Positions 18,443 through 26,751 of a DNA stretch of 64,000 nucleotides are shown here, one piece after another. Position numbers and translations under genes: made by a program. Under the pieces are notes generated by a model that was given only the letters and a program-made list of their open reading frames with translations, was not told where the DNA came from and did no database searches. Positions within the stretch are counted from its first letter, which is position 1. Every line of letters begins with the position of its first letter. Source of the stretch: Deltaproteobacteria bacterium (GTDB taxonomy: Bacteria; Myxococcota_A; Polyangia; JAAYKL01); contig JAKQNG010000296.1 in NCBI GenBank assembly GCA_029565915.1, forward strand, positions 38 to 64,037, read 5' to 3'.

Positions 18443-19407
18443 GGTTTGTCCTCTGCTGTCTCAGCGGACGCCTGGGAAGCCCGATCCAGGGACGTGGCAC
18501 TCAGACCGTAGCATTCCTTTTCTTCGGTGTTTCCCTCGGGCTCCACGTGGACGAGCACGTCGTACACCCGGTCCACGGCGCCGCGGATGCCCTCTTCCAC
18601 CTGCCGGGCGATGCCGTGGGCGTCGAGCACGGTCATGTCGCCGCGCACCTCGATATCGAGGTCGATGACATACTGCCCGCCCATGCGGCGCACCCGCGTG
18701 CGGTGGGGATGGGAAGCGCCCGGAACGCTTTCGACGGCTTTGAAGATGCGCCGGTACACGTCCTGATCGGGCGTACCGTCCATGATTTCGGCAGATGTCT
18801 CAAAGAAGATGCCGAAGGCCACCTTCATGATCCACACGCTGACAATCAGGGCGACGATGGGGTCGATGAGGGGCATGTGCAGCGCGAAGGTGGCAAAGAG
18901 ACCCACGAGGACAGAGGCGGAAATGACCACGTCGTTGCGCATGTTTTTCGCATCCGCAATGAGCATGTCGCAGTTTGTCGCGCGGCCCGCCCGGAACTTG
19001 TACAGCGCCAGGGCCAGTTTGGCGGCAATGGAAATGCCGGTTACCCAGAGGGCGGCGGTGGTGGGCATGGTGGCGGTTTCGTGGAAGAACAGTTTTTTAC
19101 CCGCGGCCAGAGCCAGCTGGGCACCCGCGAAGAAGATGATGATGGACAGCAGCTTGGTGGCGATGGTCTCCGCCCGGGCATGGCCCCACGGGTGCTCCCG
19201 GTCCGGCGGCTTTTCGCTGATGCGTACCGTGAAGACCGTGACGAGGGACGTGATGACGTCCGTGGCGGAATCGATGCCGTCGCTGACCACCGAAAAACTG
19301 CCGGACAGGAGACCCACGGCGATTTTCATGGCGGACAGGATGGCGTTGCCAAAGGTGCCGATCCATCCGGCCCGGATGATGATTGCGCTGCGCTGGGCGG
19401 TGGGCAT
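18439..19407 (-). CDS. cation diffusion facilitator transporter (FieF-like)
   Basis: SDGIDSATD, PPDREHPWGHARAE, ADAKNMRND, C-terminal LVHVEP; alternative start 19518. Confidence 0.9.
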   Translation of the reverse strand: MPTAQRSAIIIRAGWIGTFGNAILSAMKIAVGLLSGSFSVVSDGIDSATDVITSLVTVFTVRISEKPPDREHPWGHARAETIATKLLSIIIFFAGAQLALAAGKKLFFHETATMPTTAALWVTGISIAAKLALALYKFRAGRATNCDMLIADAKNMRNDVVISASVLVGLFATFALHMPLIDPIVALIVSVWIMKVAFGIFFETSAEIMDGTPDQDVYRRIFKAVESVPGASHPHRTRVRRMGGQYVIDLDIEVRGDMTVLDAHGIARQVEEGIRGAVDRVYDVLVHVEPEGNTEEKECYGLSATSLDRASQASAETAEDKP

Positions 19408-19514
19408 GAGTGCGTTCACAATGTCCGGGTTGTACACGTTTCGCGGCGTTGATTCAAGCCGACCCGCGGCGAACCCGCGCTGGTCTGCACGGTGTTCCCG
19501 GCGCGGGTGATTCG

Positions 19515-20084
19515 TCATCGTCCGGCCGCTGCCAGCACTTTTTCTGCCGTGATTCGCGTGCCGGGTTGAATCAGTTTCCAGACGAGAACAAAGGAGCCCG
19601 CGTGAACCTCCTTCTGTCCAACGACGACAGGCAGCATCTCCAGAAACCGCCGCCGGAACAACCCGGGCCGGAATGCGGGCAGCGCCACCAGCTTTTCGAT
19701 GTCCTGCAGATCCTTTACACGGCAGCGGAACGTCTTCATCAGAACCAGGTCTTCGGGGCACAGGGTATATACCTTCAGCCGGATGCCGGAAAACGAACCG
19801 GCATGAACTGCCAGCCTGCGCCAGTCATCGGGCAGATGGGATTCAAAGGTATGAATGGCACCGTTGAGGTTGAGGGCGATGGTTTCCGGGGCTTCCGCGC
19901 TCGTTTTTAGCAGATCCCGGTTGTTCCCGTCGATGAACGCATCCACGTCCTTTGTTGCCCGGGTGCCGGGAACCAGTATCAGCATGGCGGTCCCTCCTCC
20001 GAGGTAGAGCCCGGTTTCCTGCCGGAGGCGGGCATCCAGCCAGCGCAGAAAACGTTTCAGCGATGGGGCAGTCACCAGGTTCAC
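19515..20084 (-). CDS. AbiEii-like/DUF6036 nucleotidyltransferase
   Basis: LGGGTAM, RATKDVD, PEDLVLMK, RVKDLQDI. Confidence 0.8.
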   Translation of the reverse strand: MNLVTAPSLKRFLRWLDARLRQETGLYLGGGTAMLILVPGTRATKDVDAFIDGNNRDLLKTSAEAPETIALNLNGAIHTFESHLPDDWRRLAVHAGSFSGIRLKVYTLCPEDLVLMKTFRCRVKDLQDIEKLVALPAFRPGLFRRRFLEMLPVVVGQKEVHAGSFVLVWKLIQPGTRITAEKVLAAAGR

Positions 20085-20647
20085 GCCATGTGCCTTCTGA
20101 AATCACCGAGGTCAAAGGCGCCGTAAACGCCGCGCTCCTTCATCGGCCGGGGAGTCCGGGAAATAATCTGTTCCGCCGACATGTACCGGCGGCCGAAAAA
20201 GAATGCGCTGCCATCATCCGGCATGCAGGTGTCCGCCAGAGAGCGAAAGGTCGACTGCCTGGAAATCGCGAAGGCAATCTGGGATGCCGCCGAAAGGAGC
20301 CTGCGCTGGGTCGTCGTAAGGGCAACCCGGGACGCCTCCGCAAGGTCGGAGGCGCGAAGGACGGCGGGCAATACTTCAAAACTCCGGGCGTCTCCATTCT
20401 CGGATTGCTGCAGAAGGGTGCGCAGCTCTGTGGCCCGTTCATCGACGCCGGCCAGCAGTTCCAGAGGATTCACGCCGAGCACACCGGCCAGGGCGACAAC
20501 GCCCCTGGCGACAGGCTGGTAGTCCGCTTTGAACATGTCATAGAACCCCTGACGGGAGAGACCGGATGCGACGATCAGGGAGGAGGCATTGAAGTCTCCT
20601 TGTTGCATGAGCGCTTCCACCTTCTGTTTGTCGATACGAAGACGCAT
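20081..20647 (-). CDS. HTH-domain putative antitoxin
   Basis: N-terminal XRE-like HTH (SGLSRQGFYDM..LAGVLGVNPLEL); GTGA coupling to the NTase gene. Confidence 0.7.
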   Translation of the reverse strand: MRLRIDKQKVEALMQQGDFNASSLIVASGLSRQGFYDMFKADYQPVARGVVALAGVLGVNPLELLAGVDERATELRTLLQQSENGDARSFEVLPAVLRASDLAEASRVALTTTQRRLLSAASQIAFAISRQSTFRSLADTCMPDDGSAFFFGRRYMSAEQIISRTPRPMKERGVYGAFDLGDFRRHMA

Positions 20648-20682
20648 GGAAGGGCTCCTTCCTTTCCTCTGCAGACACAGAC

Positions 20683-20744
20683 AGCGTAGTGCGGGTTCCG
20701 GCGACAGTCAATAATTTTTGACAATTCCTATAATTTTTGACAAT
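20683..20744 (-). promoter_or_regulatory. sigma-70 promoter with adjacent repeated operator-like sites
   Basis: Minus strand TTGACT-17-TACGCT (20711-20683); ATAATTTTTGACAAT twice (20711-20725, 20730-20744). Confidence 0.55.
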
Positions 20745-20860
20745 CGGAGAAATGCGCGGAAGAAACCGAAAGGAAGGGTGCAGCTGGTCGGTGTGAAAAC
20801 CAGCGGTACACTTTTTATGGTTGGGTATGAACGATTCTTTGAAGACCTTGGAGGTGTGCC

Positions 20861-21043
20861 ATGCCCGAATGCCGGATGTGCGGCGATGAAGTGGAAAAAG
20901 AAGATCTGGTGACGGTGCGCAGCGGAGGAAGGAAAATCCGCGTGTGCGGCGACTGCGCGGAGCGCGCGGCGGAGGAAGCCCTGGTGGCACAGGAGAGCGA
21001 AGCCGCCGTGCAGCAGATGATGGGGTTCAAGGGGCGGCGCTAG
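20861..21043 (+). CDS. small zinc-ribbon protein
   Basis: GGAGG RBS, CRMC..CGDC. Confidence 0.75.
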   Translation: MPECRMCGDEVEKEDLVTVRSGGRKIRVCGDCAERAAEEALVAQESEAAVQQMMGFKGRR

Positions 21044-23208
21044 AGATTGCGTTCGATGAACGCGGTCATCCGCGAAAAAAGGTGGGTGAGCACTTCCGGG
21101 TCGTCGATGCGGTGACCGGCGCCGGGATAGAACAGGATTTCGGGGGTTTTACGCGCGTCAATAAAGGCGCGCATCAGTTTCTGCGTGTGCAGTGGCAGCA
21201 CGTTGTCGTCTGCCAGCCCGTGGATGACCAGGGTGGGAACGGTGAGTTTCTTGACGCGACTTGAAAGGTCCGTGGCCGTGTATCCCTCCGGGTTGTCCTG
21301 CGGTCGCTGCATGTAGCGCTCCGTGTAGGCCGAATCGTACAGGGACCAGTTGGTCACCGGCGCCACCGCCACGGCAAAGCGGAAGGTCTGTTCCGCCTCC
21401 AGGGCCGCCGACAGCGCCATGGTGCCGCCGAAGGACCAGCCGACAATGCCCACGCGTCGGCGATCCACCCAGCTGTTTTTCAAAAACTCGCGCAGGGCGG
21501 CGAGCTGGTCGTCGAGGGGCACCCGCGTCAGGTTGCGGTGAACGGCGGCCTCGAATTCCCGTCCACGGCCGGCGGAACCCCGGTTGTCCACCGTGAAGAC
21601 GACGATGCCGCGCCGCGCCAGCAGGTCCCGCCAGGGGCCGAAGGTGGTATGGAACGATTCGGTCACCGCCTGGACGCCGGGTCCGCCGTATACGTAGACC
21701 AGCACCGGATAGCGCCGGGTGCTGGACAGCACCGCCGGACGGGTGATGTGGGCATGGAGGGCGTTGCCGTTCACTTCGATGGTCACAAGTTCGTTGCGCA
21801 CGTCGTCGGGGGACGTGTAGATGTCTCCGCCGCGCACGTCCACGGAAGCAATCTGCCGCCCACCCGCATCCATCAGGGTGGTGACCGGCGATGAGGTCAG
21901 GGTGGAAGTGGTGACGGCGAAGAGCTTTCCGTCCGGCGACGCCACCGCGTCGTGGACAAACCCGTCTGCCGACAGACGGCGGATTTCTCCGGACGTTGGC
22001 GACAGTACGAATACGGCCGACGACAAGGGACCTTCCCGATCGCCGATGAACAGGATCTGCCCGGTGGCCGGGTCGGCGGTCAGGACTTTTTCTGCGTTCC
22101 AGTTTCCGTCGGTCAGCTGGCGGAGGGGCTGATCGTCGCCGCCCGAGAGATAGAGGTGAAAGAATCCATTCCGCCGGGACACGCGCACGGCACTGCCGTC
22201 ATCGCGGAACAGGGGCAGTCCGGCCCAGTCGACCCAGCGGGGATCGATTTCCTCGTCGACAACAGCGCAGGTGCCGTTTCGCGTATCGCAGCGGAGGATT
22301 TCGAGGGTGGTCTGCAGGCGGTCGAGGCGGGCCACGGCCAGGTGGGTGTCCCCGGGCATGAAGGCGGCACCGGGCAGGTAGACGTCGGCCTCGCTGGAGA
22401 GGTTCATCCATACGGGCGCAGCGCCGGCGGTGGCGTCCATGACGCCGATGTCGACAATGGGATTGTCGGCGCCGGCCAGGGGATAGCGCAGGGCGCGCAC
22501 GGGACCCGGTTCTTCCGCCTCCACCCAATGGAGGGGAATGTGGCGCTCGTCCACCAGGGTGAACCACAGGCGCAGGCTGTCAGCGGCCCAGCCGAACCCG
22601 CGGGTAGTGGAAAATTCCTCTTCGTACAGCCAGGGCACGCATCCGGCGCAGAGGCCGTCTTCGGCCAGATCGGTCAGCACCGTCTCCTGCAGGGTGGCGA
22701 GATCGAGGACGGACAGGTTGTCATCGCGCAGCACGGCGAGCTTTGTGCCGTCCGGGGAGACGGCCATTCTGTGCGGAACCCGGTCGCCCTGCAGCAGCAC
22801 CCGTTCTGTGCCGTCCAGATGAACGGCGATGAGCGCGTCTCCGCAGCGAACGAGCAGTTCTTCTTCGTTGCGCCAGGCCGCATCCGTCACGGGACAGTCC
22901 CTCTCCGCGAGCAGCGGGCGCTCCTTTTTTCCGTCCACCTCGTACAGCCACAGGGCCGGTGGTGCGCCGGGCCGGGTTGTTGCGATAAAGGCGAAGCGGG
23001 CGGAATCCGCTGACCAGATGATGCTGGACACGGGGCGCTTGACGGCGGAGGGGCGATGAAAGAGGGTGACGATATCCGGGTCTGCTTCCAGCGCGACCCG
23101 GGGGCTGGAGTCGGCCGCATGGGGCGCTACCGTGGGGCAGGCGGGACGCTTTGTACATCCTGTCAGAACGACCAGAACCGATAGAACCGCGTAAAATTTC
23201 CAGTGCAT
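21040..23208 (-). CDS. S9B dipeptidyl peptidase IV-like lipoprotein
   Basis: LTGC lipobox, YEEE, VYGGPG, DNRGS, GWSFGG, HGLADDNV, YPGAGH. Confidence 0.93.
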   Translation of the reverse strand: MHWKFYAVLSVLVVLTGCTKRPACPTVAPHAADSSPRVALEADPDIVTLFHRPSAVKRPVSSIIWSADSARFAFIATTRPGAPPALWLYEVDGKKERPLLAERDCPVTDAAWRNEEELLVRCGDALIAVHLDGTERVLLQGDRVPHRMAVSPDGTKLAVLRDDNLSVLDLATLQETVLTDLAEDGLCAGCVPWLYEEEFSTTRGFGWAADSLRLWFTLVDERHIPLHWVEAEEPGPVRALRYPLAGADNPIVDIGVMDATAGAAPVWMNLSSEADVYLPGAAFMPGDTHLAVARLDRLQTTLEILRCDTRNGTCAVVDEEIDPRWVDWAGLPLFRDDGSAVRVSRRNGFFHLYLSGGDDQPLRQLTDGNWNAEKVLTADPATGQILFIGDREGPLSSAVFVLSPTSGEIRRLSADGFVHDAVASPDGKLFAVTTSTLTSSPVTTLMDAGGRQIASVDVRGGDIYTSPDDVRNELVTIEVNGNALHAHITRPAVLSSTRRYPVLVYVYGGPGVQAVTESFHTTFGPWRDLLARRGIVVFTVDNRGSAGRGREFEAAVHRNLTRVPLDDQLAALREFLKNSWVDRRRVGIVGWSFGGTMALSAALEAEQTFRFAVAVAPVTNWSLYDSAYTERYMQRPQDNPEGYTATDLSSRVKKLTVPTLVIHGLADDNVLPLHTQKLMRAFIDARKTPEILFYPGAGHRIDDPEVLTHLFSRMTAFIERNL

Positions 23209-23276
23209 GGCGGCAGCTTATCCCATCGGGTCTGCAGGACAAGCGGAATTGCCGAGCCGGGGGAGGCGATTCCCGC

Positions 23277-25439
23277 TCAATACCGCCGTATTGGTGACGA
23301 TTTCGGGTGGTTCAGGCGTCCATGAAGCGCCGTCATCACGGCGAACACGTCCGCTTCGATGTCTTCGGGAACATGGCGGAGCATGGCGGCAATGAGGGTC
23401 TCCACCGCCAGCCGCGGGCTGACCCGGAAGGAGGCGATTTCGCCGGGCTCGCGCAATTCAAAGATGTTGGTAAAGCTGTGGTCCTCGTTGAAGCCCGCCA
23501 GCAGTTGTCGCAGAGAGACCGCACCGGCAAGGCGACGATACTCCCGCAGCATCTCGTTGGCGACCTGCAGTGCGGTCGGATCTTTCTCGCTGGCCTCCAT
23601 CAGATCAACGCCGATGGTGAGTTGGCCGATCCGCTGCAGAAAGGAATCCACAGTTTCGCCGGTGATGATGCTGCCGTGCTGCGGGGCGATGATACGCACC
23701 TCGGGGGAGAGGCGATGGACCGCCAGCAGGGCGCGATCCAGCGCGCGCCGACTCGGCATGTAAATCTCGTGAAACATGGCCACGCCGCCAAAGCTGTTGT
23801 CGATCGCCACCATGCCCGGACCTGAAGTGGTTCCCCCGAACAGGTCTCCGGAAAACAGCACGCCGCTGCCCGGATCATGGACCATCACCGCACCCCGGAA
23901 ATGGCAGAACGGCGTGGGAACAAACCGCAGATGCTGGTCATCTCCGAAACTCAGGTGGCTGCCGGGGATGCTCTCGGTGGAGATGTACAAGCCCGGGTCG
24001 AATCCGTAGTGGCGGACCAGTCGCCAGGTGTCTTCGCTGCAGACGATGAAGGCACGGGGCGCCAGACGCTGGATCGCCGCCGCATTGCCGCACACATCCG
24101 GATCCTGGTGATTGAGGAAGATGTAGTTGAGGTTTTCGATGTTGCCGATGATGGACACCACCTTTGACACAACCGTGTCCATGTCCCGGGGCGGTCCGGG
24201 ATCCATCAGCACGGAAATCGTGCGACCGGCCGCGGAAAAGACCCGCAGATAGGCGTTGCACTCCAGCTGTGTGCCGTGACGCCGTCCCACCCAGTACGCA
24301 CCCGGCGCCAGCTCCACCACCTCGTCGTCGGTCCCGGAGCTGTGGAGGAGTGACACCCTGCGGATTGCGGGCAACGGCGGCGGGGTCGGGACCGCCGCAG
24401 CACGCGGGGATGTAACCGCTCGGGAGGATGCGGGATGCCGTCCGGCATGGCGCAGCCGGCTGAGCAGCGACGAGATGTCCCGTTGCAGCTCCACCATGGA
24501 TTCCTGTCGATCCGCCGGATTCTTGGCAATGGCGCGGAGCACCACGGCGCGCGTTTCGTCGGGAAGCCCCAGCTCCACGGCGCGTGCCTGGTCCCAGGGG
24601 GGCGTGTCATAGATGTGCTGCATGAAAACCCTGAAGTAGGATTCGTCATCAAAGGGCACCCGGGCAAACAGCAGCTCATACAACACGATGCCCAGAGAAT
24701 AGATGTCCGACTGCGCCGTCATCTCCCGGCCCTGACACTGTTCGGGCGACATGTAGGCCGGCGTGCCGAAGACACTTCCGGCCATCGTCAGACCCTTCTT
24801 CAACGTGCCGGCCGTCGGAATGACGGCATTCGCGATCAGTTTGCCGATTCCCAGATCCAGGATTTTCAGCACCGGTTCTCCGGTGGATTCCGGCTGGTGG
24901 AGAAAGAGGTTGTCGGGTTTCAGGTCGCGGTGGATCACCCCGCGCTCGTGGGCGGCAGCCATGCCTTCGCAGGCCTGCAGCAGGAAGGAGAACGCGTCAT
25001 GGGGAGAGATGCTCTTTTGTGCCACCATCTGACCGAGGGTGCGTCCGGTCAGTTTTTCCATGACCATGAAGTGGGCGAAGCCCGAAAGGACGCCGAAATC
25101 GAGTATCGCCACCACGTTGCGATGGGCGATGAGCGAGATGAGCATGGCTTCCTGCCGGAACCGATCGTTCACCTGGTCGTCGGTCGCGTGTTCGGCCTTC
25201 AGCACTTTCAACGCCAGTCGCCTGCCCGTGTCGGTGTGCTCCACTTCGTAGACATCGGCCATGCCGCCGGAGCCGAGCAGGCCCAGAACGCGATATCGGT
25301 CTTTTACAACGGTGCCGATCAGCGGATCGGAACGCCCGGAAACCGGACGGACGATGGCGCCGTCCACCGGGCAGTACCGCACATCGGGATTCGCGCCCTC
25401 CTGGCCGCACAACGGGCAGAACCAGATATTTACTGTCAT
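23277..25439 (-). CDS. Ser/Thr kinase fused to ODP-like (MBL-fold di-iron) domain
   Basis: GSGGMADV, ALKVL, HRDLKPDN, DLG, GTPAYMSPEQ; C-terminal HQDPDVCG, TPFCHFRGA, FSGDLFG, IAPQHG. Confidence 0.88.
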   Translation of the reverse strand: MTVNIWFCPLCGQEGANPDVRYCPVDGAIVRPVSGRSDPLIGTVVKDRYRVLGLLGSGGMADVYEVEHTDTGRRLALKVLKAEHATDDQVNDRFRQEAMLISLIAHRNVVAILDFGVLSGFAHFMVMEKLTGRTLGQMVAQKSISPHDAFSFLLQACEGMAAAHERGVIHRDLKPDNLFLHQPESTGEPVLKILDLGIGKLIANAVIPTAGTLKKGLTMAGSVFGTPAYMSPEQCQGREMTAQSDIYSLGIVLYELLFARVPFDDESYFRVFMQHIYDTPPWDQARAVELGLPDETRAVVLRAIAKNPADRQESMVELQRDISSLLSRLRHAGRHPASSRAVTSPRAAAVPTPPPLPAIRRVSLLHSSGTDDEVVELAPGAYWVGRRHGTQLECNAYLRVFSAAGRTISVLMDPGPPRDMDTVVSKVVSIIGNIENLNYIFLNHQDPDVCGNAAAIQRLAPRAFIVCSEDTWRLVRHYGFDPGLYISTESIPGSHLSFGDDQHLRFVPTPFCHFRGAVMVHDPGSGVLFSGDLFGGTTSGPGMVAIDNSFGGVAMFHEIYMPSRRALDRALLAVHRLSPEVRIIAPQHGSIITGETVDSFLQRIGQLTIGVDLMEASEKDPTALQVANEMLREYRRLAGAVSLRQLLAGFNEDHSFTNIFELREPGEIASFRVSPRLAVETLIAAMLRHVPEDIEADVFAVMTALHGRLNHPKSSPIRRY

Positions 25440-25540
25440 GGATGCGACCACCGCGTGTCTGTCCACATGGCCTGCATCCTACCGCGTTCTGATACCGAAA
25501 AGGCGGAATCTTTTATTGGAGGAGGCCCGCCCATGAGGGC

Positions 25541-26732
25541 TCAGCCGGCTTTGATGCAGATGAGGCCCTTCAGGTAGGCGCCTTCGGGAAAGTGGACGGA
25601 GACCGGATGATCGGGCCCCTGGGTCAGGCGGGCCACCGTGCGCATGTCCGCTCCGGCGTCCAGTGCCGCGCCGGCGACGATTTTTGAAAACAGCTCCGCG
25701 TCGATGCCCCCCGAACACGAGAACGTGGCGAGGATGCCCCCCGGCCGCAGCAACCCCATGGCCAGCAGGTTGATGTCCTTGTATCCCCGGGCCGCCTTTT
25801 CGGCAGCGGCGGGGGTCGGCGCGAACTTCGGGGGATCGAGAATCACCACGTCGAACCGACGTCCTTCATTGCGGAACCGGCGCAGCAGGGCAAACACGTC
25901 TTCCTCCACCCACTCGAACAGGTTTTCGTCAAACCCGTTGCGCGCGGCGTTGTCCTTCGCGAGAGAGAGGGCCTCCCTGCTTGTGTCCACGGATACGATG
26001 CCCCGGGCCCCGGCGGCGGCCGCGTGGATGCTGAACCCCCCCCGTGTAGCAGAAGCAGTTGAGGACGTCCTTTCCCGCGCACAGGTCGCCCACCAGCCGG
26101 CGATTGGCCCGCTGGTCCAGGTAGAATCCCGTCTTGTGACCCGTGTCCACCCGCACCCCGAAGACATGGCCGTATTCGCGGATATCGAGGGTGGCGGAGG
26201 AAACGGTGCCCCGGAGGAGTCCGCTGCGCTCCGGCAGTCCCTCCAGCTTCCGCACGTCCGCGTCCGACCGCTCGTACACGGCCGCGCAGCCGGTTTCCTG
26301 CGCCAGCACGTCAACGATGACGTCGAGGAAGTGCTCCACCCCGGCGGACAGGCACTGGAGGACGACCACGTCGCCGTAACGATCCGCGATGAGTCCCGGC
26401 AGACCGTCCGATTCTCCGTGAATGAGCCGCAGGGCATCCGTGTCATCTGTCAGCCGCAGGCCCTGTCGCAGGCCGATGGCGCTGCGGATCCGGCGGACAA
26501 AAAAATCCCGATCCACCGTCTCGCCTTCGGTAAAGGTCCACACCCGGGCGCGGATCTGCGATGCGGGCGACAGCGCCGCCGTTGCCAGGAAGGCGCCTTT
26601 CTGATCGCGGACGGTGACGGTCTGTCCGGTGGCCGGCGTGCCGGTCACCCTGTCCACAGCGCCGGAAAAAATCCACGGATGACGCCGCAGAAGGGATTTC
26701 TCGCGTCCCTTTTTCAGGATCAGATCGCTCAT
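25541..26732 (-). pseudogene. rlmI: 23S rRNA m5C1962 methyltransferase, frameshifted at C8 run 26036-26043
   Basis: RRHPWIFSGA, HGESDGLPG, GHKTGFYLDQR, LNCFCYTGG in one frame; FSIHAA, LDPPKF, TFSCSG, YLKG in another; may be a sequencing error. Confidence 0.85.
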
Positions 26733-26751
26733 GGAATGCGGGACACCACGG

